Assembly: GCA_965203295.1 (NCBI GenBank)
Contig: CBDBCZ010000013.1
Coordinates: forward strand, 96,001-160,000
Reading direction: 5' to 3'
DNA: 64,000 nt
Source of the DNA: Nitrospirales bacterium
GTDB lineage: Bacteria > Nitrospirota > Nitrospiria > Nitrospirales > UBA8639
How positions within the stretch are numbered: position 1 is the first letter of the stretch; the number at the start of each line of letters is the position of its first letter. The notes below the pieces were generated by a model. That model was not told the DNA's origin. It saw only the letters and a list, made by a program, of their open reading frames with translations, and did no database searches. Below, in pieces: positions 63,501 through 64,000 of this stretch. Made by a program: the position numbers and the translations under genes.

Positions 63501-64000
63501 AGTAGCCACATCACCGATGGAATTGCCATTGAATGTCACCATCCCATTGCCAATGTCTACCGGATTATCACACAAAGCTGCAGGGCAAGATTCAATGCCA
63601 TGATGCAGCCTACTTGTATTTGTTTGTATAAAGTGATGAGTATGGATATAAGCTTGGAGTTTGTAAACTACAGATTCTTCCCTACTGATACATGTACGAA
63701 ACTTATTGCACCAACAGCCAGAACACATGCTACAATAATCATCCTAAAAAAAGTAGGTAGGTGTTTAAACTTAATATATTGAATAATTGGATGCATAGAA
63801 GTTATTGATGATAGCCAGAACATATGCTACAGCAAATTACCAAACAATGCTTATAAGTGTGTAAATTTAATTAATTTATGTACTCACGCCTGCAAGCTGG
63901 TGGTGCAGGTTGAAATTCTGCACTGTCCATATCCACCAGTGCACATGTTGCAGTTGTATTTCCGATTAGTTCAAAGCCCACATTACAGGTGTAAGTAGCC
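36554..64000 (-). CDS. Gene A (3' portion): multi-exon type I membrane protein, [sushi/CCP]x42+ - EGFx7 - Cys-rich - TM - short tail
   Basis: Chain of phase-compatible AG/GT-bounded exons: sushi array 64000->42448, EGF exon 39213->38269, TM exon 37803->37689, putative last exon 36572->36554. The 5' end lies outside the window. Confidence 0.85.
37689..37803 (-). CDS. Gene A transmembrane exon
   Basis: cctacag|GG ATC... in phase with the EGF exon. Translation GIIIGSTFAVILLLLVVCCLAIFIFCGYFRKSRKDWKPR is a hydrophobic helix followed by a basic stop-transfer. Donor CG|gtatgt (phase 2). Confidence 0.88.
38269..39213 (-). CDS. Gene A exon: 7 tandem EGF-like repeats (mostly calcium-binding type) plus Cys-rich juxtamembrane segment
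   Basis: Acceptor tttcaacag|AT, donor G|gtaagt, 945 nt, phase 1-1. Translation IGCPIDCQNEGTC...DIDEC..PCQNGATCVNNDGSFxCNCTxGFEGNLC repeated. Overlaps ORF 38261..39088. Confidence 0.93.
42448..64000 (-). CDS. Gene A array of single-domain sushi/CCP exons (41 complete + 1 partial)
   Basis: Each exon has a (c/t)ag acceptor, C-D-D-P-V-D-I-x-N-G...A-T-Y-T-C-x-x-G-F-E-L-I-G...C...P-P-S-C-R and a gt(g/a)ag-type donor, phase 1-1. Exons: 42448-42630, 42861-43028, 43338-43520, 44164-44331, 44542-44730, 44941-45123, 47306-47488, 47681-47863, 48070-48258, 48441-48623, 48953-49135, 49484-49666, 49887-50069, 50306-50494, 50685-50867, 51531-51713, 51943-52125, 52344-52532, 52785-52967, 53185-53373, 53573-53755, 53976-54158, 54376-54564, 54770-54952, 55165-55347, 56085-56267, 56488-56670, 56983-57165, 57358-57546, 57746-57928, 58693-58875, 59097-59279, 59513-59695, 59893-60075, 60300-60488, 60686-60868, 61089-61271, 61484-61666, 62601-62783, 62994-63176, 63395-63577, 63888->64000. 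Confidence 0.9.
43693..44079. mobile_element. Interspersed element (HINE-like); diverged inverted copy at ~37177-37540
   Basis: AACCAGCCGG ... (AAAC)n ... AAGCAATCTTAGAACCAGCCGTTCGCGCGCTCCAGCTGGTT, matched in reverse by CTAGCCAGAGCGCGCAAATGGCTGGTCCTAAGATTGCTT at ~37182. Confidence 0.6.
48741..48790 (-). pseudogene. 5' stub of a deleted sushi exon
   Basis: gttctgcag|CGCTAACATTGTACGATTATCC then stop; the rest of the exon is missing. Upstream intron is paralogous to that of exon 48070-48258. Confidence 0.6.
49281..49330 (-). pseudogene. Second 5' sushi stub, acceptor mutated AG->AT
   Basis: gttctgcat CGCTAACATTGTGTAATGATCCG; duplicate of the 48741 stub. Confidence 0.6.
51037..51462 (+). mobile_element. 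Helentron/DINE-1-like non-autonomous element
   Basis: Subterminal IR GGGCGAGCGTGAGCGAG (51038) / CTCGCTCACGCTCGCCC (51423), (CGTA)n microsatellite, ends in CTAG; interrupts the ctactatgattgacac intron motif. Confidence 0.7.
55518..56042. mobile_element. MITE with TA target duplication (pogo/Tc1-mariner type)
   Basis: TIR CCGTAGAGTACGTATCAAG / CTTGATACGTACTCTATGG, flanked by TA; interrupts the aggtaggtgtttacac intron motif seen intact in paralogous introns. Confidence 0.85.
58085..58630 (-). mobile_element. Helentron-associated / DINE-1-like non-autonomous element
   Basis: Subterminal inverted repeat TACCCCGCGG (58107) / CCGCGGGGTA (58620), (GACG)n microsatellite ~58538-58585, terminal hairpin GTCTCTAGCAGAGAC next to CTAG. 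Absent from the paralogous intron at ~61020. Confidence 0.75.
62027..62580. mobile_element. TTAA-flanked intronic insertion
   Basis: TTAA at 62023 and 62581; flanks rejoin to the consensus intron end. TIRs are poorly conserved. Confidence 0.5.

Overview
Eukaryotic (metazoan, intron-rich, AT-rich) genomic DNA. The Calx-beta/EGF/sushi content and repeat families suggest a marine invertebrate, possibly a demosponge (inference). The window holds two head-to-tail, minus-strand, apparently paralogous cell-surface protein genes. Gene A (3' part, >64000 to ~36550) has 41 complete plus 1 partial single-domain sushi/CCP exons, a 945-nt exon with 7 EGF repeats and a Cys-rich linker, a transmembrane exon and a probable very short tail. 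Gene B (5' part, 33803 to <1) has a signal peptide, LDL-receptor class A domain, EGF-like domain, two Calx-beta domains and then 31 sushi exons running off the left edge. Every extracellular internal exon is symmetric phase 1-1 (mostly 183 nt), so any subset can be spliced in frame. The arrays show higher-order duplication, exon loss, dead stubs and one frameshifted exon, making this a candidate variable-length or alternatively spliced recognition/adhesion receptor locus. Introns carry many MITEs, foldback palindromes, Helentron/DINE-1-like elements and a Penelope remnant with hammerhead-like motifs. Most short ORFs in the supplied track are exon plus intron read-through or antisense noise. 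Coordinates were read by eye.
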